Source of the DNA: Planctomycetota bacterium | Lineage (GTDB): Bacteria > Planctomycetota > JAJSAM01 > JAJVHW01 | Assembly: GCA_965248445.1 (NCBI GenBank) | Contig: CBDFJG010000003.1 | Location: 1,600,001-1,664,000 of the forward strand | Direction of reading: 5' to 3' | DNA length: 64,000 bases | Part shown: piece after piece, positions 1 to 10,516 of the stretch | Layout of the letters: each line of letters begins with the position of its first letter | Numbering within the stretch: position 1 is the stretch's first letter | The notes under the pieces: model-generated | Told to the model about the DNA's origin: nothing | The model's database searches: none | What the model saw: the letters and a program-made list of their open reading frames with translations, nothing else | Made by a program: the position numbers and the translations under genes

Positions 1-1334
1 ACGAGTCTCCGAGCGCGGCGGCGCGCCGTTCCACTCTTCGAGGAGCACGTGCGCGTTCGTGCCGCCGAAGCCGAACGCGTTGATGCCCGCGCGACGCGGC
101 TCGCCGTCACGTGGGGTCCACGGCCGTGACTCGGTCAGGACGTCGAACGGTCCACCGAGGCCCTTGTTCGCCTGCTCAAACCCTGCCGTGGGCGGCAACT
201 CGCGGTGCCGCATCGACAGCAGCACCTTGATCAGGCCTGCCGCGCCCGCGCCGGTCAACAGGTGGCCGACGTTTGACTTCACCGACCCGACGACGCACGC
301 TCCGGTGGCGTCGCCCCACAGTTCACGCAGCGAGCCCAGCTCGATGGCGTCCCCCACCGGTGTGCCGGTGCCGTGGCACTCGATCAGCTCCACCTCTTGC
401 GGCTGCCAGCCCGCTTGGGCGTACGCGGCGCGCAGTGCGCGCAGTTGCCCTTCGCGGCTCGGCGAGAGCAGGCTGCCGTCGACATCGTTCGAGAGACCGA
501 TGCCGCGAATGACGGCGTGGACGGTGTCGCCATGAGCGATCGCATCCTCGAGGCGCTTCAGGACGACGACACCCGCGCCCTCGCCGACGACGAGCCCGTC
601 TCCACGCGCGTCGAACGGACGACACGCGCCGGTGGGAGAGAGCGCACGAAGCTGGGTGAAGCCCATCTGCGTGTAGAGCGCGTCGGGACGGGAGAGCCCA
701 CCGCTCAACACCGCGTCGCACTCACCGTCTTCGAGTGCGGCGCACGCGAGATGGAGCGCGAAGAGCGACGACGCGCACGCGGCATCGAGAGTGAAGGCCG
801 GTCCGCCGAACCCGAGCGCCTCGGCCACCATCTGCGCCGGCAGGCCGAGCACCTGCGCGTCCTCGGGGTACACGGGCTCGTCGGGGACGTCGCGACCGAG
901 TTGCTTCGCCAGCTGCCGGCCCAGCGTGGCTCGCGCCAGCGCCGACGCGCGCTCCGTCGGGAGCGCGATGTTGCCGAGGATCACACCGACCCGGGAGCGG
1001 TCGACATCGTCGGTCTGCGCGTCTTCCCACGCCGCCCGAGCGGCGTGCAACGCGAAGTGCACGGACGGATCGAGGCGAGCGAGGCGCTCCGGCTCGATGT
1101 CGAGGCCGCGCGGATCCAGCTCGAACCCAGTGACGAAGCACCCGTGCTTCGATACGACGTGGTCCGCGCGTGGTCCGGACGGATCGTGGATCGCATCGGG
1201 ATCGAGCAGCCAGCGTCCGGGCGGCGGCTCGCGGAACGCGCTCCGTCCCTCGCGCACGTTCGACCAGAACGCCGCGAGATCCGGGGCGTCGGGGAACAGC
1301 CCCCGAGACCGCAGATCGCGATGCTGCGTGGCAT
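1..1334 (-). CDS. PfaB/C-like (pfa3-type) beta-ketoacyl synthase, runs off the window; apparent 1-nt frameshift near codon 12
   Basis: ATG at 1334 gives MPRSIAICGLGG. After a shift in the C5 run at 1300-1304 it reads LFPDAPDLAAFWSNV...TLDAACASSL...ECHGTGT...VKSNVGHLL...NAFGFGGTNAH, with the KS Cys/His/His triad. Starts just after the pfaA stop. Confidence 0.85.
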
Positions 1335-1336
1335 GC

Positions 1337-4300
1337 CTACACCGTGACGGGGAGTGCGTTCTCGCTGTACGCGGTCTCGAGAGATGCGTCCACGACGCAC
1401 TCGTATCCGTCTGCGGACAGCAGGACGGCCCCGTCGGCTTCGACGAACGCCAGATCCGCCGTGGCCGCGCTGTTCACCGTGCGGCGCACGTTGGCGACGA
1501 CGCGGACGCCGTCCCGCGGCAGGGACGACGCGTACATACGCAGCCGCCCGATCGCCGTCGGGAGTGAGGGAGCGCCGCGCGTGGCGCGCGTCCAGAGCAC
1601 CATCAGCTGGAACGCTCCGTCGAGCGCCAGCGGATCGGTGACGAAGCGCCCGCGCAGCGGTGACTCCATCCAGTCGCCGGGACGCGGCGCCGTGGCGACG
1701 TCGCCCACGATTCCGTCCGGACCGCAGGCGTCGACCTTGCGGATCGCACGCAGTAGCGGACCGTGGAACAGCTGGTCGGGGTAGAGAGCCCCGCTCCCGA
1801 TCGGCTCCCCCGCCGGCTGTTCGGGCGCAGCGGGTGCGGCCGGGAGCTGATCGACAAGCAGCGCCGTGGCGCGGGCGTGCAGTACGTCTCCCCGGGGACC
1901 GGCATCGCTGCGCAGTTCGACGGACACTCTCGACACGCCGTCTGCGTCAGCGTATGGGGCGGCGGACACGTGCACACGAACCCGCGCACTCTGCTCGGCC
2001 GTCAGCTTCAGGCCGTTCAGGACGCGCAGGTCGTCGAGACCGTGGAAGCGCAATCCCGGGTTCACGTGCAGTGCCCCGTGGGCCATCCACTCGATCATGA
2101 GGACGACCGGCAGGACGGCCTTGCCGCCGACCACGTGGTCGCGCAGGACCGGGTGAGACGCGATGTCGACAGAACGCTCGAACGCCACCGGCGCAGCCGT
2201 GATCGGCGCGGGCGGTGCGAGCGCAGCGCTGCTGCCTTCGCCAAGCACCACGACCTCGACCGCGCCACCGACGCTGGCGCGCGCCTCGCGCACGACATGA
2301 CGGGCACCGACCGCGCGGTCGATGACCTGGATGCCCTCGTCCTCGAACACGCGGCGCAGCGACGCGTCGACCATGCCGCCGTCCCATGGTCCCCAGTTGA
2401 CGGAGACGACGCGGCACGCCGGACGGCCGACCGCCTCTCGCTGCGACATCTTGTTGAGGACCTCGTTCGCTGCCGCGTAGTCGATCTGGCCCGTGCGGCC
2501 GAAACGGCCTGTCGACGACGAGAACACGACGAGCAAGCGCAGGTCCTCGGGTTCGTCCGCGGACGCCGCATCGAGCAGCGCACGGAGGCCGTCCACCTTG
2601 GTGCCGTAGACGCGGTTGAACTCCTCGATCGTCTTGTCTTCGATGCGACTGTCGGCGAGCACGCCGGCGCCGTGCACGATCCCGCGTACGGGGCCGTGGG
2701 TCGCGCGCGCGTCGGCGACGGCCGCGGCGACCGCCTCGGGGGAACGCACGTCGCACGGTGCGTAACGGACCTCCGCGCCGGCCTCGCGCATCCGGTCGAG
2801 GTTCGCCCGCGCCTCGCGCACGGCGAGCACACGGCCGACCGCGTCCTTGGCGGCGCGGGGAGAGCCGCCACCGGTTCCGCGCGCGATCATCTCTCGCAAC
2901 AGCGAGCTCTCGTCGGCGAGTCCGGCCATCCACGCGGGCTCGTCATCGAGCGTGCTGCGTCCGAGGACGAGCAGCGCGGGCACGAACTCGGCGGCGAGGG
3001 CGACGGCAACGTCCGCCGTCACACCGCGGGCGCCGCCGCTCACGACCACGAGGTCACCCTTGGCGAGAGGTGTGGCGTTGCCGTCCTCGAGCGCCTCCGC
3101 GCGCAGCGTCGGAACCATGCGGATACCCGGTGCGAAGAGACCGACTTCCGTCGGCTGCGCGAAGAACGCCTCCTCGACGATGGCGGCGGCAGCCGTTTCG
3201 AGGTCCTCGGCATCGGGTGCGACGTCGAGCGCGCGGCATGTGACGCCGGGCCACTCGTGAGCGGCAGTCTTCGCGAATCCCGCCAAGCCGGCTGTGGTCG
3301 TGTCCGCGCCGTTCATGGCCTTCAACCCGAACGCTCCGTCGAGACGCGACACCGTCACGAACAGACCGCGCGCCTCACGGAGTGCGGGCGCCGCACGGAC
3401 GAGCAGCGACAGCGTGTCGCGCAGGAACGCGTCGCCCGCTCCGCGGGATGGCGCGACGACGAACAGACCCGCAAGGCGCTCCGGCAGATCACCGGCGTTC
3501 TGCACGGCAACCACCTGGGCCGTGTGGCCGTGGTCCTGCAGCGCCGCTGCGACCGCAGCGCCGAGGCCGTTGCCGTCGCAGGCCACGAGGATCGTGCCCT
3601 CGCCCGGCGCGACGCGCTCGCGCACGTCGCCGTTCAGGTCGACCGTCGTCAGCACGTGCCGCTCGATCGCCGCCGGCGCCGCGGTCGGCGCGGGAGCGAC
3701 GGACACCGGCGCAGGAACCGCATCGCCGGAACCGCCCAGTTCGGAGACGACATCGCCCAGTGTGCGCAGAGCGCCGAGCCGTTCGCTCGCCACCGCGGGC
3801 AGGGACGGCACGCGCTCCTGCATCGCCGAGAGGATCTCGACGCGCTTGATCGAGTCGATGCCGAGGTCCGCATCGAGCTCCATGTCGAGGTCGAGCATCT
3901 CGACCGGATAGCCGGTCTTCTCGCACACGACCTCGAGCAGCAGCGAACCGAGATCGGGACCGGACGACGCGGCATCGGCCTGCACGGGCGCGGACGCGGC
4001 GACGGGCAGTTGACCCAGTTCGGCGACGACGTCGCCCAGCGTGCGAAGTGCACCGAGACGATCGCTCGCAACGGCCGGGAGCGACGGGACGCGCTCCTGC
4101 ATCGCCGAGAGGATCTCGACGCGCTTGATCGAGTCGATACCGAGATCCGCGTCGAGTTCCATGTCGAGGTCGAGCATCTCGACCGGGTAGCCGGTCTTCT
4201 CGCACACGACCTCGAGGAGCAGCGGACCGAGGTCCAGACCAGCGGCGGGCGTGGGAGTCGGGGCTGCGGCCGGCGCGGCGATCGGTGCGATCGGCGGCGC

Positions 4301-7300
4301 CACGAGCGCAGGTGCGGGAGCCGTGATCGGTGCGGCTACAACCGCGCCATCTGCGTGAGCAGATGGGCCAGAAGGCAATCCCAGCAGGGCCTCCTGCTGG
4401 CGGAGCAACGTCTCGAGGGCGCGCTGTGCGGCCTCCTGGCCCTCGAGGAACCGCCGGTGAACATCGGCGGTCTGCTCCTGCATGCGGAGGAGCGCGGTCA
4501 TCTGCTCGCGCAACGAGGCGAGCGCCGCGCCGCCTTCCGCGGCGGCACGCGGTGGCGGTTCGGCCGGTCTCCTCGTGATGGGAGACGGCGGAACGGCACT
4601 CGCCGGTGCGTGAAGCGCGGCCCCGATCGCGGGGGCGGCGAACGCGGCGGACGGAGCGGTGGCGCTGGGTGTGGGCGCTGCCTGCGGCGCGCTCGCTGGC
4701 ACCATCGGCGCGGCGGTGTCGCCGCGCACGACCGGCATCGGTGGTGCCTTCGGTCGCTTGGGACGGGGGTTCATCACGTTGGCTCCACAGATCGGGATGC
4801 GCAGGCGGCGCACCGCGTCGGCTTCATCGGCTTCTGGCGGACCGCCGTCGTTCCAGGCGTCCAGTGCGACGCCGTGACCACCGGCGGCGAGGCGCGCGAG
4901 GGCGACGGCGAGATCGTGCATACCGCTCCGCTTGCCGCTCGACGCGTCGAGTGCGACGGCTGCGTGCTCTCGCCCTTCGAGTATCCGTCCGACCAGCGCG
5001 GTCAGCCGCCCGCCGGGTCCGACTTCGAGGAAGGTGTGCACGCCGTCCGCGTGCATGCGTTCCACGAGGCCCGTCCAGTCGACGGAATTCACGAGTTGCC
5101 CGGCGAGCAGATCGCGCGCGGCGTCGGCGTCTTCCGCATACGGCTCCGCGGTCGTGTTCGCGTAGACCGGCGTCTCTCCCGCGAACGGAAGGTCGGCGAG
5201 AGCGTCACGCAGCGGACGGGCGGCGTCCGCCACCAGCGGGGAGTGGAACGCGGCGGACACCGGCAGCAGGGTCGCGCGGACTCCCTGCTCTGCGGCGAGC
5301 TCCTGGGCCCGCTCGATCTCCCGGCGTTCGCCGGAGACGACCGTTTGCACCGGCGCGTTGAGGTTGGCGATCGAGAGACGCAGTTCGCCGTCCTCGACGA
5401 ACCGCACCGCACCGTCTCCGTCCAGCGCGAGAGCCAGCATCGCCCCGCGGCCGCCGTCGCCGTCCGCCATCAGAGCACCGCGGAGACACGACAGTTCGAT
5501 CAGCGCCGCGGTGTTCCAGCCGTGCGCGGCCGAGAGCGCCGACAGTTCCCCGTAGCTGTGTCCGGCGTATGCCTGCGGCGCCAGAGCGAACGTCCCGATC
5601 AGCGCGGCGAGCGCGCCGACGCTGACCGCGCCGATGGCCGGCTGCGCGACGCGCGTGTCGCGGAGGAGCTTCTCGGCGTGCCCCCGGACGATGTCGTTCC
5701 ACTGGTTCTGCGGGAAGATGCGGTCGGACAGTTCCATCCCGACCGTCACGCCCCCGGCGAGACCGCTGGCCGCCAGCTCGAATGCCTGGTCGGCTGTTTC
5801 GAGCGCGCGCTGCACGGCCGGGAACCGGCAGGCTAGATCGCGCAACATGCCGACGTACTGCGAACCCTGTCCCGGGAACAGCACTGCGAGCTTGCCGATG
5901 AGAGAGCCGTGTCCGAAGTGTGCGCCGTCCGGCGTGCTCCACTGCTTCGCCTTCGGACGGCTCTTCAGCATTGCCTGCGCGTTGTGGAGCTGTGAGCCGA
6001 GGTCGGTGCGGTCGCGCTCGATGACGAGAACCAGCCGGTTGTCCGCGAGCGGATCGAACCGGCCCCGTGCGTCGGCCGAGCGGCGGGCGAGTTCGTCCCA
6101 CTCGATCTCTGCCGGGAACGCGGCCACTGTTGCGCGGAGCTCCTCTACCGACGCAGCGGCGAACGGCAGGATCTCGACGTCGGGGTCCCAGTCGATGCCG
6201 GGCTTCTCCGACCGATGTTCCTCGAGCACGCCGTGGAAGTTGCTGCCTCCGAATCCGAACGCGCTCAGCGCGGCGCGGCGCGGATGTGCGACCCGCCGCA
6301 GCCACGGACGCTTCTCGGTCGGAAGGTAGAACGGCGACTCACCGTCTGCGAGCGGCTCGAGCGGATCCGTGATTCGCAGCGTCGGCGGGACCACCTTGTG
6401 GAACAACGCCAGCGCGGACTTGATCAGTCCCGCGATGCCGGCGGCGGCTTTGGTGTGTCCGATCGCGGACTTCACCGAACCGAGCGCAGCCCACTGCCCG
6501 TCCGTACGAGAATCGCGGTACACCTCGGTCAGCGCGGCGAGCTCGGTCGCGTCGCCGACCCGCGTCCCGGTGCCGTGAGCCTCGACCAGTTCGACCGTCT
6601 CGGGCGAGACGTCGGCTGCGGCATACGCGCGACGGAGCGCGCGCATCTGGCCGTCGGACTTGGGCGCGTAGACAGCGCCGCCCTTGCCGTCGCTAGAAGA
6701 GCCGATGCCCTTGAGGACTGCGTAGACGCGGTCCCCGTCGCGCTCCGCGTCCGCCAGCCGCTTGAGCACGACGATGCCGACGCCCTCGCCGAGGATCGTC
6801 CCGTCGCCGGCGCAGTCGAACGGACGCGCGGCGCCCGTCGACGACAGTGCGGTCGTCTTGCTGAAGCACATGTACATGAACACGTCGCTGAACGTGTCGA
6901 CACCACCGGCGAGCACCATGTCGCTCTTGCCGGATGCGAGTTCCATCGAAGCGACGTGCAACGCGCCCATCGAACTGGCGCACGCGGCGTCGACGACACA
7001 GTTGGTCCCGTGCAGGTCCAGCCGGTTCGCGATGCGTCCGGCCACGACGTTGCCGAGCAGGCCGGGGAACGAATTCTCCTGCCACTCGGGGTAGCTGTCG
7101 GAAATGCGTGCCACGACGTCGTCAGCGAGTTCCTTCGGTACGCCCGCTTCGGCCAGCGCGCGGCGCCACACCGGGTGACCGAGACGTGCACCCAAGGGGA
7201 TGACAAGCTCGAGAGCGCCGGTGACGCCGAGAATCACACTCGCGCGATCGCGGTCGAACGTCTTGCCGTTCTTGCCGTAGCCCGCGTCGCGCAGAGCGCG

Positions 7301-7642
7301 CTTGGCTGCGACGAGTCCGAGCAGTTGCGACGTGTCGGTCGCCTCGAGGTCGCGCGGCGCGATGCCGAACTCCATCGGGTCGAAGTCGATCGCGTCGAGG
7401 AAACCGCCCTTCGCTCCGTAGAGCATGTCGCGGGACTTTGGGTCCTCGGCGAGATACGACTCGACGTCCCAGTGCGTCTCCGGAACGTCGGTGATCGCGT
7501 CGACGCCCTTCTGGAGGTTCTGCCAGTAACGCTCGAGCCCGTCGGCCTTGGGGAACATCGCCCCGATGCCGACGATCGCGATCGGGACGGAACTCCCGGT
7601 CACGGGACGGTCGATGGGCGTGGCGTCGGTCGTGTCGCTCAT
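1337..7642 (-). CDS. pfaA: PfaA-like iterative type I PUFA/polyketide synthase (KS-MAT-ACP-ACP-KR-DH)
   Basis: DAACASS, EAHGTGT, GHTKAAAG (KS); GHSYG, AFHS (malonyl-AT); two LGIDSIKRVEI (ACP); GGARGVT, YAAAN (KR); HVVGGKAVLP, DGAFQ (DH). Start reset to ATG 7642, which overlaps the pfaD stop (ATGA). Confidence 0.93.
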   Translation of the reverse strand: MSDTTDATPIDRPVTGSSVPIAIVGIGAMFPKADGLERYWQNLQKGVDAITDVPETHWDVESYLAEDPKSRDMLYGAKGGFLDAIDFDPMEFGIAPRDLEATDTSQLLGLVAAKRALRDAGYGKNGKTFDRDRASVILGVTGALELVIPLGARLGHPVWRRALAEAGVPKELADDVVARISDSYPEWQENSFPGLLGNVVAGRIANRLDLHGTNCVVDAACASSMGALHVASMELASGKSDMVLAGGVDTFSDVFMYMCFSKTTALSSTGAARPFDCAGDGTILGEGVGIVVLKRLADAERDGDRVYAVLKGIGSSSDGKGGAVYAPKSDGQMRALRRAYAAADVSPETVELVEAHGTGTRVGDATELAALTEVYRDSRTDGQWAALGSVKSAIGHTKAAAGIAGLIKSALALFHKVVPPTLRITDPLEPLADGESPFYLPTEKRPWLRRVAHPRRAALSAFGFGGSNFHGVLEEHRSEKPGIDWDPDVEILPFAAASVEELRATVAAFPAEIEWDELARRSADARGRFDPLADNRLVLVIERDRTDLGSQLHNAQAMLKSRPKAKQWSTPDGAHFGHGSLIGKLAVLFPGQGSQYVGMLRDLACRFPAVQRALETADQAFELAASGLAGGVTVGMELSDRIFPQNQWNDIVRGHAEKLLRDTRVAQPAIGAVSVGALAALIGTFALAPQAYAGHSYGELSALSAAHGWNTAALIELSCLRGALMADGDGGRGAMLALALDGDGAVRFVEDGELRLSIANLNAPVQTVVSGERREIERAQELAAEQGVRATLLPVSAAFHSPLVADAARPLRDALADLPFAGETPVYANTTAEPYAEDADAARDLLAGQLVNSVDWTGLVERMHADGVHTFLEVGPGGRLTALVGRILEGREHAAVALDASSGKRSGMHDLAVALARLAAGGHGVALDAWNDGGPPEADEADAVRRLRIPICGANVMNPRPKRPKAPPMPVVRGDTAAPMVPASAPQAAPTPSATAPSAAFAAPAIGAALHAPASAVPPSPITRRPAEPPPRAAAEGGAALASLREQMTALLRMQEQTADVHRRFLEGQEAAQRALETLLRQQEALLGLPSGPSAHADGAVVAAPITAPAPALVAPPIAPIAAPAAAPTPTPAAGLDLGPLLLEVVCEKTGYPVEMLDLDMELDADLGIDSIKRVEILSAMQERVPSLPAVASDRLGALRTLGDVVAELGQLPVAASAPVQADAASSGPDLGSLLLEVVCEKTGYPVEMLDLDMELDADLGIDSIKRVEILSAMQERVPSLPAVASERLGALRTLGDVVSELGGSGDAVPAPVSVAPAPTAAPAAIERHVLTTVDLNGDVRERVAPGEGTILVACDGNGLGAAVAAALQDHGHTAQVVAVQNAGDLPERLAGLFVVAPSRGAGDAFLRDTLSLLVRAAPALREARGLFVTVSRLDGAFGLKAMNGADTTTAGLAGFAKTAAHEWPGVTCRALDVAPDAEDLETAAAAIVEEAFFAQPTEVGLFAPGIRMVPTLRAEALEDGNATPLAKGDLVVVSGGARGVTADVAVALAAEFVPALLVLGRSTLDDEPAWMAGLADESSLLREMIARGTGGGSPRAAKDAVGRVLAVREARANLDRMREAGAEVRYAPCDVRSPEAVAAAVADARATHGPVRGIVHGAGVLADSRIEDKTIEEFNRVYGTKVDGLRALLDAASADEPEDLRLLVVFSSSTGRFGRTGQIDYAAANEVLNKMSQREAVGRPACRVVSVNWGPWDGGMVDASLRRVFEDEGIQVIDRAVGARHVVREARASVGGAVEVVVLGEGSSAALAPPAPITAAPVAFERSVDIASHPVLRDHVVGGKAVLPVVLMIEWMAHGALHVNPGLRFHGLDDLRVLNGLKLTAEQSARVRVHVSAAPYADADGVSRVSVELRSDAGPRGDVLHARATALLVDQLPAAPAAPEQPAGEPIGSGALYPDQLFHGPLLRAIRKVDACGPDGIVGDVATAPRPGDWMESPLRGRFVTDPLALDGAFQLMVLWTRATRGAPSLPTAIGRLRMYASSLPRDGVRVVANVRRTVNSAATADLAFVEADGAVLLSADGYECVVDASLETAYSENALPVTV
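3735..4240 (-). repeat. Two tandem, near-identical ACP-domain coding repeats inside pfaA
   Basis: LLLEVVCEKTGYPVEMLDLDMELDADLGIDSIKRVEILSAMQERVPSLPAVAS occurs twice, with high nucleotide identity. Confidence 0.9.
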
Positions 7643-9306
7643 CCCATCCGTTCCTCGAGGTCCGCTCGCGGAAGCGCACGAACGTCGTCCGCTCCAGGGG
7701 GCAATGTTACGCCCTGAGCCCGCAGACTCACCGTTCGCGTGAGAACCGCCGCACCCTGAAGCAGGTTCAGGGCTACGGTCATCACGTCGCGGTTGGCCGG
7801 CTCGGCCAGGAAGGTGCCGGCCGTCCACTCGTTGAACGCTCCCATCGCCGGGCCGCACCAGACCTGGTAGTCGACCTTCCTGGTGGGCTCCCCCCCGTTG
7901 GCCCAGGCCGACGACTGGCCGAGATACCACCGGAAGACCAGCGCCATGCGGTGCTTCGGATCGGTCGCCGCCCGCTCGATCTGGCGCGGGTCTCGTACCT
8001 CGAAGTACGCGACCGTCTCCCGCCACACCTCGTCCAGGGGCTTGCGGAGGATGCGCGTCTCGAGCTCGGTCCGCTCCTTGGCGGTCAGATCGTCGAGCGA
8101 GGCCCGTGCGCGGTAGAGGTCGAACAGCTTCTGCGCCCGCATGGCGAAGAGCGTTCCGCGCTTGAGCACCTGGACCCGCACGCCCATCTCGAACATGTCG
8201 GCGGCGGGCGCCATGACGACGTCAGCCTGCCCGGCCGCGGCCAGCATCGACCGCACCTCGTCCGAGGTGCCGGCCTCGCGGCACGCCTGGTTGACGCTGC
8301 CCGTGAGCACGTACGCCGCGCCCAGTGCGAACGCGGCTGCGGCCGACGCCGGCGTCGCAATGCCTCCGGCGGCGCCGACACGCAGTGGGATGCCGTAACC
8401 GTGCTCGCTCGCCATCCGGGCCGCCAGCGCGCGCATGGTCGGGATGAGCGCGATGGCCGGACGGTTGTCCGTGTGGCCTCCGGAGTCCGCCTCGGCGGTG
8501 ATGTCCTGCGCCACCGGAACGTTCGCCGCGAGATCCGCCTGCTCGCGGGTCAGGTCGCCCCGTCGCACGAGTTCGTCCACCATCGCGGCCGGTGCGGGCG
8601 ACAGGAACTGCGAGGCCACCTCGACGCGGGAGACCTTGGCCAGGACGCGGTTCGGCGTGACGACCGAGCCGTCGGGCCCTCGCGCAATCCCCGCGAGCCG
8701 GTAGCGGACGAGCGGCAGCGTCAGCCCGAGGTACGCCGACGCGGACACGAGCCGCACGCCCTGCCGCACGTACAGGTCCGCAACCGCCTTCTCGACGGCC
8801 GGTTCGTTCGGACTGTGGATGAGGTTGAACCCGTGCGGCAGCCCGCCGACGGTGCGCTGCAACCGGTCCACGGCCGCCTCGACCTTGCCAACCGGCAGGC
8901 CCGCGGCGCCGAAGAACCCCACGCACCCAGCCCGTGCCATCGCCTCGACAACGTCGCACGAGCCGATCCCGTTGGCCATGGCCCCCGCCACGTACGCGAA
9001 GCGAAGCCCATGTTCCTCGCGGAACGAGGCGTCACCGAGGCTCTCGGCCCGGCACGCGGGCACGATCGCCAGAAGACGCAGCCCCTCGCCACCGTCGAAC
9101 TCGACAGATCCGCCCGTCGCGACGGCGGGCCCGTCCGGTGTAGCGACCACGACGAACGGCGTCGGGCCCGCGAGCGCTCTCTTGAGCGCACCGCGCGACG
9201 CGTCGGGGACGGTCTGTCCGCGCCACACCGCCCCCGCTGGGAGCGGCGCCGCGTCACGCGCACCCGCGTGCGGCGGGCGGACCGGGGTGGATTCGGTGAG
9301 ACTCAC
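7639..9306 (-). CDS. pfaD: PfaD-family FMN-dependent enoyl reductase
   Basis: AGAMANGI, AKVSRVEVA, AEADSGGHTD, GAAGGI, TGSVNQ, MAPAADMFEMG, DYQVWCGPAMGAFN motifs. Confidence 0.93.
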   Translation of the reverse strand: MSLTESTPVRPPHAGARDAAPLPAGAVWRGQTVPDASRGALKRALAGPTPFVVVATPDGPAVATGGSVEFDGGEGLRLLAIVPACRAESLGDASFREEHGLRFAYVAGAMANGIGSCDVVEAMARAGCVGFFGAAGLPVGKVEAAVDRLQRTVGGLPHGFNLIHSPNEPAVEKAVADLYVRQGVRLVSASAYLGLTLPLVRYRLAGIARGPDGSVVTPNRVLAKVSRVEVASQFLSPAPAAMVDELVRRGDLTREQADLAANVPVAQDITAEADSGGHTDNRPAIALIPTMRALAARMASEHGYGIPLRVGAAGGIATPASAAAAFALGAAYVLTGSVNQACREAGTSDEVRSMLAAAGQADVVMAPAADMFEMGVRVQVLKRGTLFAMRAQKLFDLYRARASLDDLTAKERTELETRILRKPLDEVWRETVAYFEVRDPRQIERAATDPKHRMALVFRWYLGQSSAWANGGEPTRKVDYQVWCGPAMGAFNEWTAGTFLAEPANRDVMTVALNLLQGAAVLTRTVSLRAQGVTLPPGADDVRALPRADLEERMG

Positions 9307-9577
9307 GGTGTGTGGGGCAGGCTCGCTCCTCGGCCAGGGGGAACGTGCGGCCGGGGAAAGAGATGCCCGGCCGCTGCGCTACGATCGGGCGGCCGAGCGC
9401 AGCCTGGCAACCCTAGCACTCCCCTCGCGCGCGACCGCACACGCGCGAGGGCCGATGACGCAGGACAGGCCCCGCGGCACCGCTGACCCGTCAGCACCGC
9501 CGGACAGGCGCGTCCCGGGACGAATCCCAAAGTCGGGACACCACTGTCCAGGAAACCGGATTCGTGCGGGCCGGACG

Positions 9578-10396
9578 CTATCGACGCCGCTTGCGCCGGC
9601 GATACGTTCCAGGCTCGAGATCGAGTTTCTGCAGCTTCGCGTGGAGGAACGTCCGAGCCAGTCCTGCCCGGCGTGCCACCTCGGAGACGTTGCCCCGGAA
9701 GCGCTGCAGCAGTTCGTCGAGGTACATCTTCTCGAACTGGGCTCGCGCCTCGCGAAGAGGCATCTCCATCATCGACGGCACCAGACTGGCGCTCGCGCCG
9801 GGGGACGCCGACGCCTGCGGCGGCTCCGGATAGCCAATGCCCGTGCGACGGGCGACGCCCGCGGTCGGAGCCTCGGCCACGCTGCGACCATTCCCTTGTG
9901 AGGCCGGCGCATCGACTGCAAGGAGCGCCGTCAACGCCTGGACGGGCCGGGTCGGGCCCTTCCCGCTGCGCTTCAGCTCGTCGAGGAGGTCCATAGCGGG
10001 AGCGCCGGGAACCGTGCGGTCCACGAGAACGAGACTGGCGCCGTCGAGCGCCACATGCTCTCGCGCCTTGGAGACGCTCGAGGCACCGATGACGGCGATG
10101 CCGGCAGCGCGCAGCGCCCGCACCCCCGCCTCGCGCGCCGCCGCGTCGCCGTTCACGAGAACGGCTCCCCTGGCGGCGTCTACGGTGGCGTCTACAGATT
10201 CGGAGGAGGCGGTCACTTCACGTGCCGCCAGCCTTCCGGCCTGGTCGGTTGGCATCGCGCCCGTCACACCGGAATCCCTGTTGATGGGCGCCGCGTTGAT
10301 GGGCACTGAGATAGGCACTGCGATGGGTGCGCCGTCCGCTTTCGCGGACGCGACGGAATCAGAGTGCACTCGATCGGAGTCACCGCGAGACACCAA
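9578..10396 (-). CDS. Regulator with degenerate receiver-like region and C-terminal Fis/NtrC-type HTH; start uncertain
   Basis: C-terminus LREARAQFEKMYLDELLQRFRGNVSEVARRAGLARTFLHAKLQKL; LVLVDRTVPG resembles a REC strand; no Walker A or GAFTGA. Confidence 0.7.
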   Translation of the reverse strand: MVSRGDSDRVHSDSVASAKADGAPIAVPISVPINAAPINRDSGVTGAMPTDQAGRLAAREVTASSESVDATVDAARGAVLVNGDAAAREAGVRALRAAGIAVIGASSVSKAREHVALDGASLVLVDRTVPGAPAMDLLDELKRSGKGPTRPVQALTALLAVDAPASQGNGRSVAEAPTAGVARRTGIGYPEPPQASASPGASASLVPSMMEMPLREARAQFEKMYLDELLQRFRGNVSEVARRAGLARTFLHAKLQKLDLEPGTYRRRKRRR

Positions 10397-10488
10397 TGGA
10401 TGTCCTCCCCGGCCGACAGCGTCAGGAGGCTTTGACAGGTCCGAGAAGCATTGTGCAGTAGACCAGGGACAGCGCCCACACTAACAAG

Positions 10489-10504
10489 CGGCACGCGACG
10501 TGCT
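10489..10504 (+). promoter_or_regulatory. Putative sigma54 (-24/-12) promoter
   Basis: CGGCACG-CGAC-GTGCT versus consensus TGGCACG-N4-TTGCW; GG at 10490-91 and GC at 10502-03, exactly 10 nt between them. Confidence 0.6.
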
Positions 10505-10516
10505 TTCCTCTCCCGC

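Noticed and set aside
1763..5836. 1357-aa plus-strand ORF, and similar long antisense ORFs such as 19882..21780, 25771..28074 and 62509..63867
   Set aside because: Shadow ORFs opposite motif-rich real genes; expected at this GC content, with no recognisable motifs.
7643..8026. ORF-track N-terminal extension of pfaA, and similar extensions at 16911-17360, 28598-28771, 41754-41909 and 11245-11973
   Set aside because: They overlap neighbouring genes or promoters; downstream starts have RBS, coupling or signal-peptide support.
9395..9420. Possible sigma54 promoter for pfaD
   Set aside because: Plus-strand TGGCAAC has the wrong spacing and direction; the minus-strand GG-N10-GC match is far from consensus.
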